Shown piece after piece: positions 8,681 through 17,225 of a stretch of DNA of 29,701 nucleotides. Where the stretch lies: contig JBEBGD010000066.1 of the NCBI GenBank assembly GCA_040081625.1, positions 1 through 29,701 of the forward strand, read 5' to 3'. Each line of letters opens with the position of its first letter. Position 1 is the stretch's first letter. The notes under the pieces are model-generated. The model was not told the origin of the DNA. It worked only from the letters and a program-made list of their open reading frames with translations, and did not search any database. This stretch comes from Chthoniobacteraceae bacterium (lineage in GTDB: Bacteria; Verrucomicrobiota; Verrucomicrobiia; Chthoniobacterales; Chthoniobacteraceae). Both the position numbers and the translations under genes were made by a program.

Positions 8681-9624
8681 TCACGCGCGCGGATGAAATT
8701 TAAGGTGCACCGCTTTGAGCCGCTGCTGATCGACGTGCGTGTAGATCTGCGTCGTCGAGATGTCGGCGTGCCCGAGCATCTCCTGGATGATGCGCAGATC
8801 CGCGCCATTGCTGAGCAGATGCGTCGCGAAGCTGTGGCGGAGAAGATGCGGATACACATTGAGGTCGAGCCCGGCGCGCTTCGCGCACTGCTTGACGATC
8901 TGCCAGATGCGCACCGTCGTGAGCTTTGTGCCGCGCGCGCTGAGGAAGATTTCGCTGCCCGTGCGCTTCTTCACCATCCCGGGCCGCTCGCGCTCGATGT
9001 AGGCCTTGATCGCGTCGCACGCGCGGCGGCCGACGGGCACGAGCCGGGTCTTGCTGCCCTTGCCGGTGACGCGGATGAAGCGCGAGTCGAAGTCGAGGAA
9101 CTCCAGCTTCGCATTCACCAACTCGGAGACGCGCAGCCCGCTCGCGTAGAGCAGCTCGACGATGGCGCGGTCGCGAAGGCCGCGCGGGACGTTCGTGGCG
9201 ATGCCGTCGAGCAGGCGATCGACCTGCAGCTCATTCAGCGTCTCCGGCAGATAGCGCGTGAGCCTCGGCATGGTGAGCACGTCGGCGGGATCGCGCGCGA
9301 TGCGCTCGCGCTGCGCGAGCCAGCGGAAGAAGATTTTGATCGCGACGATCACGAGCTTGATCGTCGCCGCCGCGAGCCCGAGGCGTTTCTTGTGCGCGAG
9401 GTAGTCGGAGATGTGGTCGATGGCGACGTCTCCCGCGGCGATCACGACAGGCGGTAATTCCTCTCCCGCCGCGAGCCGGCGATCAACTTCCGCCTCGCCG
9501 ATTTTCCGCCGCTCCAGCCATGTCGCAAAGGCTTCGAGCGAGATGCGCGTCGAGAGTTGGTAGCTCGCGGAGAGCCCGCGTTCGGTCGCGAGGAAGCAGA
9601 TGAATTCGTCGATCTCGGTGCGCA

Positions 9625-9625
<1 letters not shown>
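8681..9625 (-). CDS. xerD: site-specific tyrosine recombinase XerD
   Basis: LYASGLRVSEL, GKGSKTRLVP and PHLLRHSFATHLL...LGHADISTTQIYTHV. The GTG start at 9625 overlaps the purC TAG. Confidence 0.9.
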
Positions 9626-10512
<887 letters not shown>

Positions 10513-10526
10513 TTGGCGGGGAGGAT

Positions 10527-10568
10527 GAACGTCGAACGTCGAACTTCCAACGTCGAACGTCGAAGTTC
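10527..10568. repeat. heptamer tandem array (GAACGTC)x6
   Basis: GAACGTC GAACGTC GAACTTC CAACGTC GAACGTC GAAGTTC; fills most of the gap between the ABC ATPase gene and purC. Confidence 0.92.
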
Positions 10569-11316
10569 AGGCAGGGGTGCGCTCGTGCTGCGCTTCCTCG
10601 GCATCGACGAGGGAGAGGAAGATTTTCTCCAGTCCGCCTTGCTCGTCCGCTTGCGTGCGCAGCTCGGCGACGGTGCCGAGCGCGATGAGCTTGCCGTGGT
10701 TGATGATGCCGATGCGGTCGGCGATCTCCTCGGCGACGGCGAGCTGGTGAGTGGAGAAGAAAACCGTCATGCCTTTGTTCGCGCGCTCCCGGAGCACCTG
10801 CTTGACGATGCGCGCGTGCCGCGGATCGAGGCCGACCATCGGTTCGTCGATGACGAGGATCTTCGGGTCATGCAGCAGTGCGCTCGCGATCACGAGCCGC
10901 TGGCGCGTGCCGTGCGAGAGGTTTTCCGACAGCTCGCCGTAGTAGTCGGTGAGATGAAAAAGCTCGAACAACTCATCGGTGCGCTGCTCGACGAGCTTGC
11001 GACCCATGCGGAAGACATCGCCGACGAAACGCATGAACTCGTGCGAGGTGAGCTTGTCGTAGATGAATGGAAAGTCGGGCACGTAGGCGAGCTGCGCCTT
11101 GGCCTTCTCCGGCTCGCGCTGCACGTCGAAGCCGCCGACGTGCACGGTGCCGCTGGTGGGCTTGAGCAGTCCGCAGATCATCTTGATGGTCGTCGTCTTG
11201 CCGGCCGCGTTCGGGCCGAGGAAGGCGAAGAATTCTCCCTGCGGAATGTGGAGATCGAGTCCATCGACGGCGCGGAGAGTGCCGAAATGTTTCGCGAGCG
11301 CCTGCGCGTGGATCAT
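10567..11316 (-). CDS. ABC transporter ATP-binding protein (ABC-2/CcmA-like)
   Basis: Walker A GPNAAGKTT, signature LSHGTRQR, Walker B LVIDEP and STH. ATG 11316 overlaps the upstream stop (ATGA). Confidence 0.93.
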   Translation of the reverse strand: MIHAQALAKHFGTLRAVDGLDLHIPQGEFFAFLGPNAAGKTTTIKMICGLLKPTSGTVHVGGFDVQREPEKAKAQLAYVPDFPFIYDKLTSHEFMRFVGDVFRMGRKLVEQRTDELFELFHLTDYYGELSENLSHGTRQRLVIASALLHDPKILVIDEPMVGLDPRHARIVKQVLRERANKGMTVFFSTHQLAVAEEIADRIGIINHGKLIALGTVAELRTQADEQGGLEKIFLSLVDAEEAQHERTPA

Positions 11317-12059
11317 GGCGCCAGATCGATCGATCGCAGCGTGTAGCCGAGGAGGGTCGTGGCGTAGAGCGCCTGGCCGAGCTGGCTGAAGTGGGCCTCG
11401 ATGAGCGTCTGTCCGTTTTGCTCGACCGAGATGAGGTAAGTCTCCGTGCGTTCGCCACGCCACCGCAGCGAGGATTGCCGCGCGCGGATCGTGGCTGGCG
11501 CCTGCTGCCGGCCTTGCGCGATGAGCGCATCGAGGCCCGATCCGAGCGGGAGTTGCTTCGCGAGGCCGGTCAGGCCCGCTTCGTTCATCGGCAGATCGCC
11601 TTCGTGAATCACGCGCTCCCGCGTGCGCAGGGTGAAATGCGCGACCTTGCCACCCTCGGGCGTGTCGATGTCGGCGCGCAAGTAGGTCGGATCGAGAATG
11701 GTGACGCTCCACCGCGAGCGCTGGATCTCACCGGCTGGACTCAGGTCGAGCAGGCCGAGCCAGCCGAAGCGCGTCTTCTGCTCCGGGCTTAGTGCGAGGT
11801 GAAAATCGCCGGAGATGTCGAGCACGCGCGTTTTTCGGTGTTTGTCGAAGTGTGGATGAAGCCGCACGTTGCCGATGGAGTTCGGGCCGTTGTAGATGCC
11901 CAGCGCGCTCGCCTGCTCGTGGAGATAGAGCAGCTTGAGCACGTGGGCGATCGGCACCTCGCGCAGCCGCGACGCATCGGGGGCGATCTCGTTGCGCACC
12001 AGCAGCAGCGTCATCACGAACCAGAAGATGACGATGATGAAGGCGGCGAGGCGGTGCAT
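11313..12059 (-). CDS. hypothetical membrane-anchored or exported protein
   Basis: N-terminal hydrophobic segment (AAFIIVIFWFVMTLLLV) and a beta-rich remainder; coupled to the ABC ATPase. Confidence 0.75.
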   Translation of the reverse strand: MHRLAAFIIVIFWFVMTLLLVRNEIAPDASRLREVPIAHVLKLLYLHEQASALGIYNGPNSIGNVRLHPHFDKHRKTRVLDISGDFHLALSPEQKTRFGWLGLLDLSPAGEIQRSRWSVTILDPTYLRADIDTPEGGKVAHFTLRTRERVIHEGDLPMNEAGLTGLAKQLPLGSGLDALIAQGRQQAPATIRARQSSLRWRGERTETYLISVEQNGQTLIEAHFSQLGQALYATTLLGYTLRSIDLAP

Positions 12060-12064
12060 GGGAC

Positions 12065-12138
12065 TAGTGATCAGTAATCAGTGGGCAGTGCTCAGTCCAA
12101 GCAAACGCGACGCCGCGCGACACTGCTCACTGCTCACT
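12065..12138. repeat. inverted pair of heptamer arrays (CAGTRNN)n ... (CACTGCT)n
   Basis: TAGTGAT CAGTAAT CAGTGGG CAGTGCT CAGT at 12065-12096 and CACTGCT CACTGCT CACT at 12121-12138. Confidence 0.85.
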
Positions 12139-12930
12139 CGTCTTCCGTCGCTCGATCCGCGCATACGCGTTGTGATTGTGGATCGACTCGAAGTTCTCCG
12201 CCTCGACGCAATACCATGTGATGTCCGCGTGCGCGTCGGCGCGCTCGGCGATGTTGCGCACGAGGTCCTCGACGAAGACCGGGTTGTCGTAGGCCTGCTC
12301 GGTGACGGCTTTTTCGTCGGGGCGCTTGAGCAGGCTGTAGAGCTCGCAGCTCGCGCTGTCCTCGACGAGTCGCACGAGGTCCTCGATCCAGATCGGCTTC
12401 GCGAAGCGGATGGCGAATGTGACCTGGCCGCGCTGATTGTGCGCGCCGCGCGCGGAGATGGCCTTCGAGCACGGACACACGGTCGTGACCGGGACGATGA
12501 CGGTGACGACGAAGTCGATCGTGCCGCGCTCGATGGTGGCGGCGAAGCGAACCGTGTAGTCCATGAGCCCCACTGCGCCGGTGACGGGCGCGGGCTTCTC
12601 GAGGAAGAAGGGGAAATCGAAATCGACGTGGGCGCTCTCGGAGTCGAGGCGCGTGCGCAGGTCGGCAAGCAGCGTGCGGATGTTGTCCACATGCAGCTCG
12701 GGGCCGAACTCGTTGAGCACCTCGACGAAGCGGCTCATGTGCGTGCCCTTGTGGTGATGCGGCAGATCGACGGTGAGCGCACAGGTGGCGATGGTGTGCT
12801 GCGATTCGCGCGCCTTGTCGCGGATGCGCAGCGGATAGCGCAGGCCCTTCACGCCGACGCGATCGATGGCGATCTGTCGGAAGTCGGGTTCGCTTTGTGT
12901 GTCCTTGAGGTGCGTGGATTCTGCGCTCAT
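12127..12930 (-). CDS. folE2: GTP cyclohydrolase IB (FolE2)
   Basis: DTQS...IDRVGV, KGTHMSRF, CPCSKAIS..GAHNQR, LKRPDEK, NPVFVED and ESIHNHNA motifs; start at ATG 12930. Confidence 0.95.
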   Translation of the reverse strand: MSAESTHLKDTQSEPDFRQIAIDRVGVKGLRYPLRIRDKARESQHTIATCALTVDLPHHHKGTHMSRFVEVLNEFGPELHVDNIRTLLADLRTRLDSESAHVDFDFPFFLEKPAPVTGAVGLMDYTVRFAATIERGTIDFVVTVIVPVTTVCPCSKAISARGAHNQRGQVTFAIRFAKPIWIEDLVRLVEDSASCELYSLLKRPDEKAVTEQAYDNPVFVEDLVRNIAERADAHADITWYCVEAENFESIHNHNAYARIERRKTSEQ

Positions 12931-13018
12931 CGGGACGGCGAGCGTCGGCGAGGTCGCGGCATTTGGAAAGCAAACGTCTGGACGAAGCGGCGCGCGCTGC
13001 TTCAGGTTCGCGAGTTCC

Positions 13019-14359
13019 ATGAGTTCAAAGATTCGCGTCCGCTTCGCCCCATCGCCCACCGGTTACCTGCATGTCGGGGGGGCGCGCACGGCGCTGTTCA
13101 ACTGGCTCTACGCCCGCAGGCACGGCGGCACTTTCGTCCTGCGGATCGAGGACACCGACGCCGCGCGCAATACGGAGCAGGCGATGCAGGCGATCTTCGA
13201 CGGGATGCGCTGGCTCGGGCTCGATTGGGACGAGGGACCCGAGGTGGGCGGCGATTGCGGGCCGTATTACCAGAGCCAGCGCGGCGCGATCTACGAGCGC
13301 CACGCGCAGAAGCTCATCGATACCGGGAAGGCTTATACCGACGACGCGGGTGCGTTGCGTTTTCGGCTGCCACGCCTGCCGCTGACATTCGACGATCTCG
13401 TCTGCGGGCACATGGAGATCGACCGCAGCAAGTCGCAAAGCCGCGACGGTTCGCCCGAGGCCGACATGACGATCCGGCGCGCGGACGGCGGCTGGATCTT
13501 CCACTTCGTGAACGTGGTCGATGACATCGAGATGGCGATCACGCACGTGGTGCGCGGAGAAGATCACCTCTCGAATACCCCGAAGCACATCGAGCTGTTT
13601 GCGGCGCTCGGCGCGCCACCGCCGGCCTACGCGCACATTCCGCTGATCCTCAACAAGGACGGCAGCAAGATGAGCAAGCGCGACCAGGGCGCGGCGGTCG
13701 GCAGCTACATCGACGGCGGCTACGCGCCGGAGGCGGTCGTCAACTACATCGCGCTGCTCGGCTGGAGCCCGAAGGACGACAGCGAGAAGCTGAGCATCGA
13801 GGAGCTGACCGCGCGTTTCGACTTCGCGGGCGTGAACCGCAAGGGCGCGCACTTCGACCTCGAAAAGTGCAACTGGCTCAACGCGCAATATCTCATGCAC
13901 ATGCCGATGGAGCGTTACGTCGCGCTCGCGCGGCCGTGGATCGCGAAGGCGGGCATCACGGCGGATGACGCAGCGCTCACGCCGGTGCTCGCGCTGGTGA
14001 AGGAGAAGGCGAAGTTCCTCACCGAGCTGCCGGAGTGGATCGGTTTCTTTTTCACCGAGGACTATCCGTTTCTCCCCGATGCGGAGGAAAAGCTGCGCAA
14101 GCCCGGCGCGCTCGACCGACTCGCGCAACTCGCCGACGCGTATCGCGAGATCGCTGCGTGGGACGCCGCCGCGCTCGAGGCGAAGCTCAAGGAACTCGCC
14201 ACCACGCACGCGGTGAAGGCGGCGGAGTTTGTGCATCCGGCGCGCACCGCGGTGAGCGGGAAGACCGTCGGTCCGAGCCTCTATCACATGCTCGAAGTGC
14301 TCGGCCGCGAGCGCGTGCTGTCGCGGATGGCGCGGGCGCAATCGACTTTCGCGCCGTGA
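13019..14359 (+). CDS. gltX: glutamate--tRNA ligase
   Basis: RVRFAPSPTGYLHVGG (HIGH), LRIEDTD, ITHVVRGEDH, KMSKR and a C-terminal anticodon domain. Confidence 0.95.
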   Translation: MSSKIRVRFAPSPTGYLHVGGARTALFNWLYARRHGGTFVLRIEDTDAARNTEQAMQAIFDGMRWLGLDWDEGPEVGGDCGPYYQSQRGAIYERHAQKLIDTGKAYTDDAGALRFRLPRLPLTFDDLVCGHMEIDRSKSQSRDGSPEADMTIRRADGGWIFHFVNVVDDIEMAITHVVRGEDHLSNTPKHIELFAALGAPPPAYAHIPLILNKDGSKMSKRDQGAAVGSYIDGGYAPEAVVNYIALLGWSPKDDSEKLSIEELTARFDFAGVNRKGAHFDLEKCNWLNAQYLMHMPMERYVALARPWIAKAGITADDAALTPVLALVKEKAKFLTELPEWIGFFFTEDYPFLPDAEEKLRKPGALDRLAQLADAYREIAAWDAAALEAKLKELATTHAVKAAEFVHPARTAVSGKTVGPSLYHMLEVLGRERVLSRMARAQSTFAP

Positions 14360-15267
14360 GTGAGCCTCGCGAGGTCTACACCCTCGACGACCTGCGTCGC
14401 TGGCCCGAGGCAACGACCGGCGTGCAGCCACCGCTGCGGCTTGCGGTCATCGGCGATCCCGTCGCGCATTCCGTGTCGCCACAGATGCACAACGCCGCGC
14501 TCATGGGGCTCGGCATCGATGTGCGCTACACGCGGCTGCACCTGCGGCCGGAGGAAGTCCACGAGGCGCTCGGCCTGCTCGCTCCGCAATCCTTCATCGG
14601 CATCAACTGCACCATCCCTCACAAGACCGCAGTGTATCGCGGTGTGCAGATGCTCGATGTGACCGCGCAGCTCGCCGGCGGCGTGAACACCGTCCTCGTG
14701 CGTCGCGACGGCCAGCTCGCCGGGTTCAGCACCGATGGCGAAGGCTTCGCGCGCGCGGTGCAGGAATCCTTCGGCGTCGCCCTCCGCGACCTGCGCGTGG
14801 CGGTGCTGGGTGCGGCCGGCGGGGCGGGGCGTGCGGTGGCCATGCAGTGCGCGGGCGTGGGCTGTCCGCGGATATTTCTCCACAACCGCACCGTCGAGAA
14901 ACTCAACTCGCTCATGGCGGCGGTGCTCAGCTTCTACCCGGAGTGCCCGCTGACCGCCACGGGCCTCGACAACATCCACCCGGGCGAAGTCGATCTGCTG
15001 GTCAACTGCACCGCGCTCGGCATGAAGCCCGGCGACGCGTCGGTCGTTCCGCCCGACCGGCTGCGCCCGCAGCATCTCGTCTTCGACACCATCTACACCG
15101 CCTCGCGCACGCCGCTAATGCTCGCCGCGGATGCCGTCGGTGCGCGCGCGGAAAACGGGCTGCCGATGCTGCTGCACCAGGGCGCGATTTCTTTCGAGCA
15201 CTGGTTCGACCGGCCTGCGCCGCTCGAAGTGATGCGCGCGGCGCTGGTCGCCGCAGCGCCGCGGTGA
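14356..15267 (+). CDS. aroE: shikimate dehydrogenase
   Basis: GDPVAHSVSPQMHN, NCTIPHK, VNT, TDGEGF, GAAGGAGRA and NGLPMLLHQG motifs; GTGA overlap with gltX. Confidence 0.93.
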   Translation: MSEPREVYTLDDLRRWPEATTGVQPPLRLAVIGDPVAHSVSPQMHNAALMGLGIDVRYTRLHLRPEEVHEALGLLAPQSFIGINCTIPHKTAVYRGVQMLDVTAQLAGGVNTVLVRRDGQLAGFSTDGEGFARAVQESFGVALRDLRVAVLGAAGGAGRAVAMQCAGVGCPRIFLHNRTVEKLNSLMAAVLSFYPECPLTATGLDNIHPGEVDLLVNCTALGMKPGDASVVPPDRLRPQHLVFDTIYTASRTPLMLAADAVGARAENGLPMLLHQGAISFEHWFDRPAPLEVMRAALVAAAPR

Positions 15268-15298
15268 GGGCTGCGCGTTTGGGTGGGTGGGCAAATGA

Positions 15299-15326
15299 TT
15301 GCCGCGGAAAGGCGGGGCGCTAACCT
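15299..15326 (+). promoter_or_regulatory. possible sigma70-type promoter (TTGCCG-N16-TAACCT) for the rhodanese gene
   Basis: Partial consensus match, with the same 16-bp spacing as the fur promoter. Confidence 0.3.
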
Positions 15327-15444
15327 CACGATCCTCAAAGATAATGCGCCGGTGCGGGTGAATACGCCTGAGACGATCCCGTCTCAGGCTCACTCCCCGA
15401 AACCGGGGCGTCACAACAGCAAACAAAACAGAACCACAAAACAC

Positions 15445-15825
15445 ATGAAAACACTGCTCACCCTCGTCTCAGCCCTCGTCCTCGCAGGCACCGCGTTCGC
15501 CGGAGAATATCCGGACATCAGCGTTTCCGAGCTCAAGAAGGCGATCGCTGACAAGAAAGTCACCGTCCTCGACGTGAACGGCTCGGCCGGTTACGCCAAG
15601 GGTCACATCCCCGGCGCGATCGATTTCCGTGCGAAGAAAGCCGAAATCGCCTCGCTGCTCCCGTCCGACAAGTCCTCGCTCGTCGTCGCCTACTGCGGCG
15701 GCCCGACCTGCGGCGCGTATTCCGCGGCGGCCAAGGCGGCCAAGGAACTCGGCTACACGAACGTGAAGCATCTCTCCGCGGGCATCTCCGGCTGGCTGCA
15801 AGCCGGTGAAGCCACCGAGAAATAA
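15445..15825 (+). CDS. secreted single-domain rhodanese (sulfurtransferase-like)
   Basis: Signal peptide MKTLL...AFA, VLDVN, YAKGHIPGAI, active loop YCGGPTC and GY..V..LSAGISGW; A-rich translation leader. Confidence 0.9.
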   Translation: MKTLLTLVSALVLAGTAFAGEYPDISVSELKKAIADKKVTVLDVNGSAGYAKGHIPGAIDFRAKKAEIASLLPSDKSSLVVAYCGGPTCGAYSAAAKAAKELGYTNVKHLSAGISGWLQAGEATEK

Positions 15826-15848
15826 CTCTCGCGCTTCGTAGTTAATTC

Positions 15849-15888
15849 CGGGCGCTCTCTGCGAAAGCGGGGAGCGCCCGTTTTATTT
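15849..15888 (+). terminator. rho-independent terminator
   Basis: CGGGCGCTCTCTGC-GAAA-GCGGGGAGCGCCCG followed by TTTTATTT, lying between convergent genes. Confidence 0.88.
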
Positions 15889-15902
15889 CCGCGCCGCGTT
15901 GG

Positions 15903-17147
15903 TTACCAGCCCGGCGGCAACCCCGGCAGCGTCTTTCGCAGGATGCCCACGATCGCCTGCTTCTCGGTCGTCGGGAGGTAGGCGTATTCGGCGACCGGCT
16001 TCGTCCAGTTCAGCGCGGCGCTGAGCTGGCGAAAGATACGCTGCTTCATCTCCGGCGGCAGGCCATGGAAGGGGGCGCTGTGGATCATGTAGCTGCACCG
16101 GTGGCGAAACATCCGCGTCTTCAAGTCGAAGTCCCTCAGCGACGCGCCGCCGGGTCCGGCGAGCCGCGTGCGCAGGAAGTCCGCCTTGAACGCCGCGTCC
16201 CCGGCCACGCCGCCCGCCGGCAGCGGTGCTTCGTCGGCGAAAAGCAGGTAGCGCGTCACGATCCGCGCCTGCTCGTCGAGTTCGGCGGATTGCGCGGGCG
16301 TGAGCCGGCCACCGCTCGCGTGCAGCGCCTCGCGCGCGGCGTAGCCGGCGCGCACGACGCGATTCACGAAGCCCGCCTGATGCTCGTGCAGGAGCTGCGG
16401 CAGCACGTCGCTCGTCGGCAGCGGATACCGGTTCGCGTCGAAGCGCGTCGCCGGATCGATCTTCACCGGGACGAAGGCGTCGCCCGTCCAGCGGCCGAAC
16501 GCATTGCCCCACGCGGAGGCCAGCCCGTTGTCGCCGGTCACATACCAGCCGCCGAAGCGCTTCTCGAATGGCGCATCGTGCCCCGGCGGGCCGACGCGCA
16601 GCGCATCGAGACTGCCGCCCGTCACGCCCGGCACCACCGACTTCACCACCAGCCCCGGAACGCCGCCGGTGTCGTCATCGGCGTGACAATTCATGCACCG
16701 CTCGGACCGCTCCGCGCGCACCGGCTGGCCGGGACGCGGCATGTCGAAGATGTAAAAGACCGCGCCCAGCTCGGGGTCGATCGACACGATCTCGAAGCGC
16801 CCACCCGGGATGTAGCCGACGTAGAGATCGTCGGTGAAGAAGAGCGCGCGCGGATTGTCCTGCCGGATGAAGCGGAGCTGCAGGCTCGTCGTGGAAAAGA
16901 CGAGCATCTGCGACGAGACGGGCACATTGAGCTTCGCGAGCATCGAGAGCAGGAAGGCCTTCTCGCTGCTCTCATCGAGCCCGAGTTTACCGGCCTCGAG
17001 GTCGGGCTTGAGCAGAGTGAATCGATCCTTCAGCTCGCGCTCGTGGTAGCGATGCGCCGGCGCATCCAGGTCCACGTTCGCCTTCCCGGCGAAAGCCGGC
17101 GCGGAGGCGATGAGTGCGGTCGTGAGGGAAAGGAGGAAGCGGGACAT
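15903..17147 (-). CDS. secreted hypothetical protein with a single CxxCH heme-c motif
   Basis: Signal peptide MSRFLLSL...AFA, SQMLVFSTTSLQ...NPRALFF and CMNCH (16683-16697). Confidence 0.78.
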   Translation of the reverse strand: MSRFLLSLTTALIASAPAFAGKANVDLDAPAHRYHERELKDRFTLLKPDLEAGKLGLDESSEKAFLLSMLAKLNVPVSSQMLVFSTTSLQLRFIRQDNPRALFFTDDLYVGYIPGGRFEIVSIDPELGAVFYIFDMPRPGQPVRAERSERCMNCHADDDTGGVPGLVVKSVVPGVTGGSLDALRVGPPGHDAPFEKRFGGWYVTGDNGLASAWGNAFGRWTGDAFVPVKIDPATRFDANRYPLPTSDVLPQLLHEHQAGFVNRVVRAGYAAREALHASGGRLTPAQSAELDEQARIVTRYLLFADEAPLPAGGVAGDAAFKADFLRTRLAGPGGASLRDFDLKTRMFRHRCSYMIHSAPFHGLPPEMKQRIFRQLSAALNWTKPVAEYAYLPTTEKQAIVGILRKTLPGLPPGW

Positions 17148-17225
17148 CGGGAGCGGGCGCAGCGATAACGCCTCGCCGCCGCCCCGACAACCCCGTCGCC
17201 GCAATGCTCTTTGGCGGGCAGGCGA

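Noticed and set aside
10527..10568. Repeat arrays as CRISPR or iterons
   Set aside because: The units are 7 bp and contiguous with no spacers, and there are no cas or rep genes.
12866..13059. Overlapping N-terminal extensions of gltX and folE2 in the ORF track (similar extensions for xerD, aroE, hscB, the ABC ATPase and the HAD phosphatase)
   Set aside because: Homology begins at downstream starts (13019, 12930 and so on); the extensions are longest-ORF artefacts.
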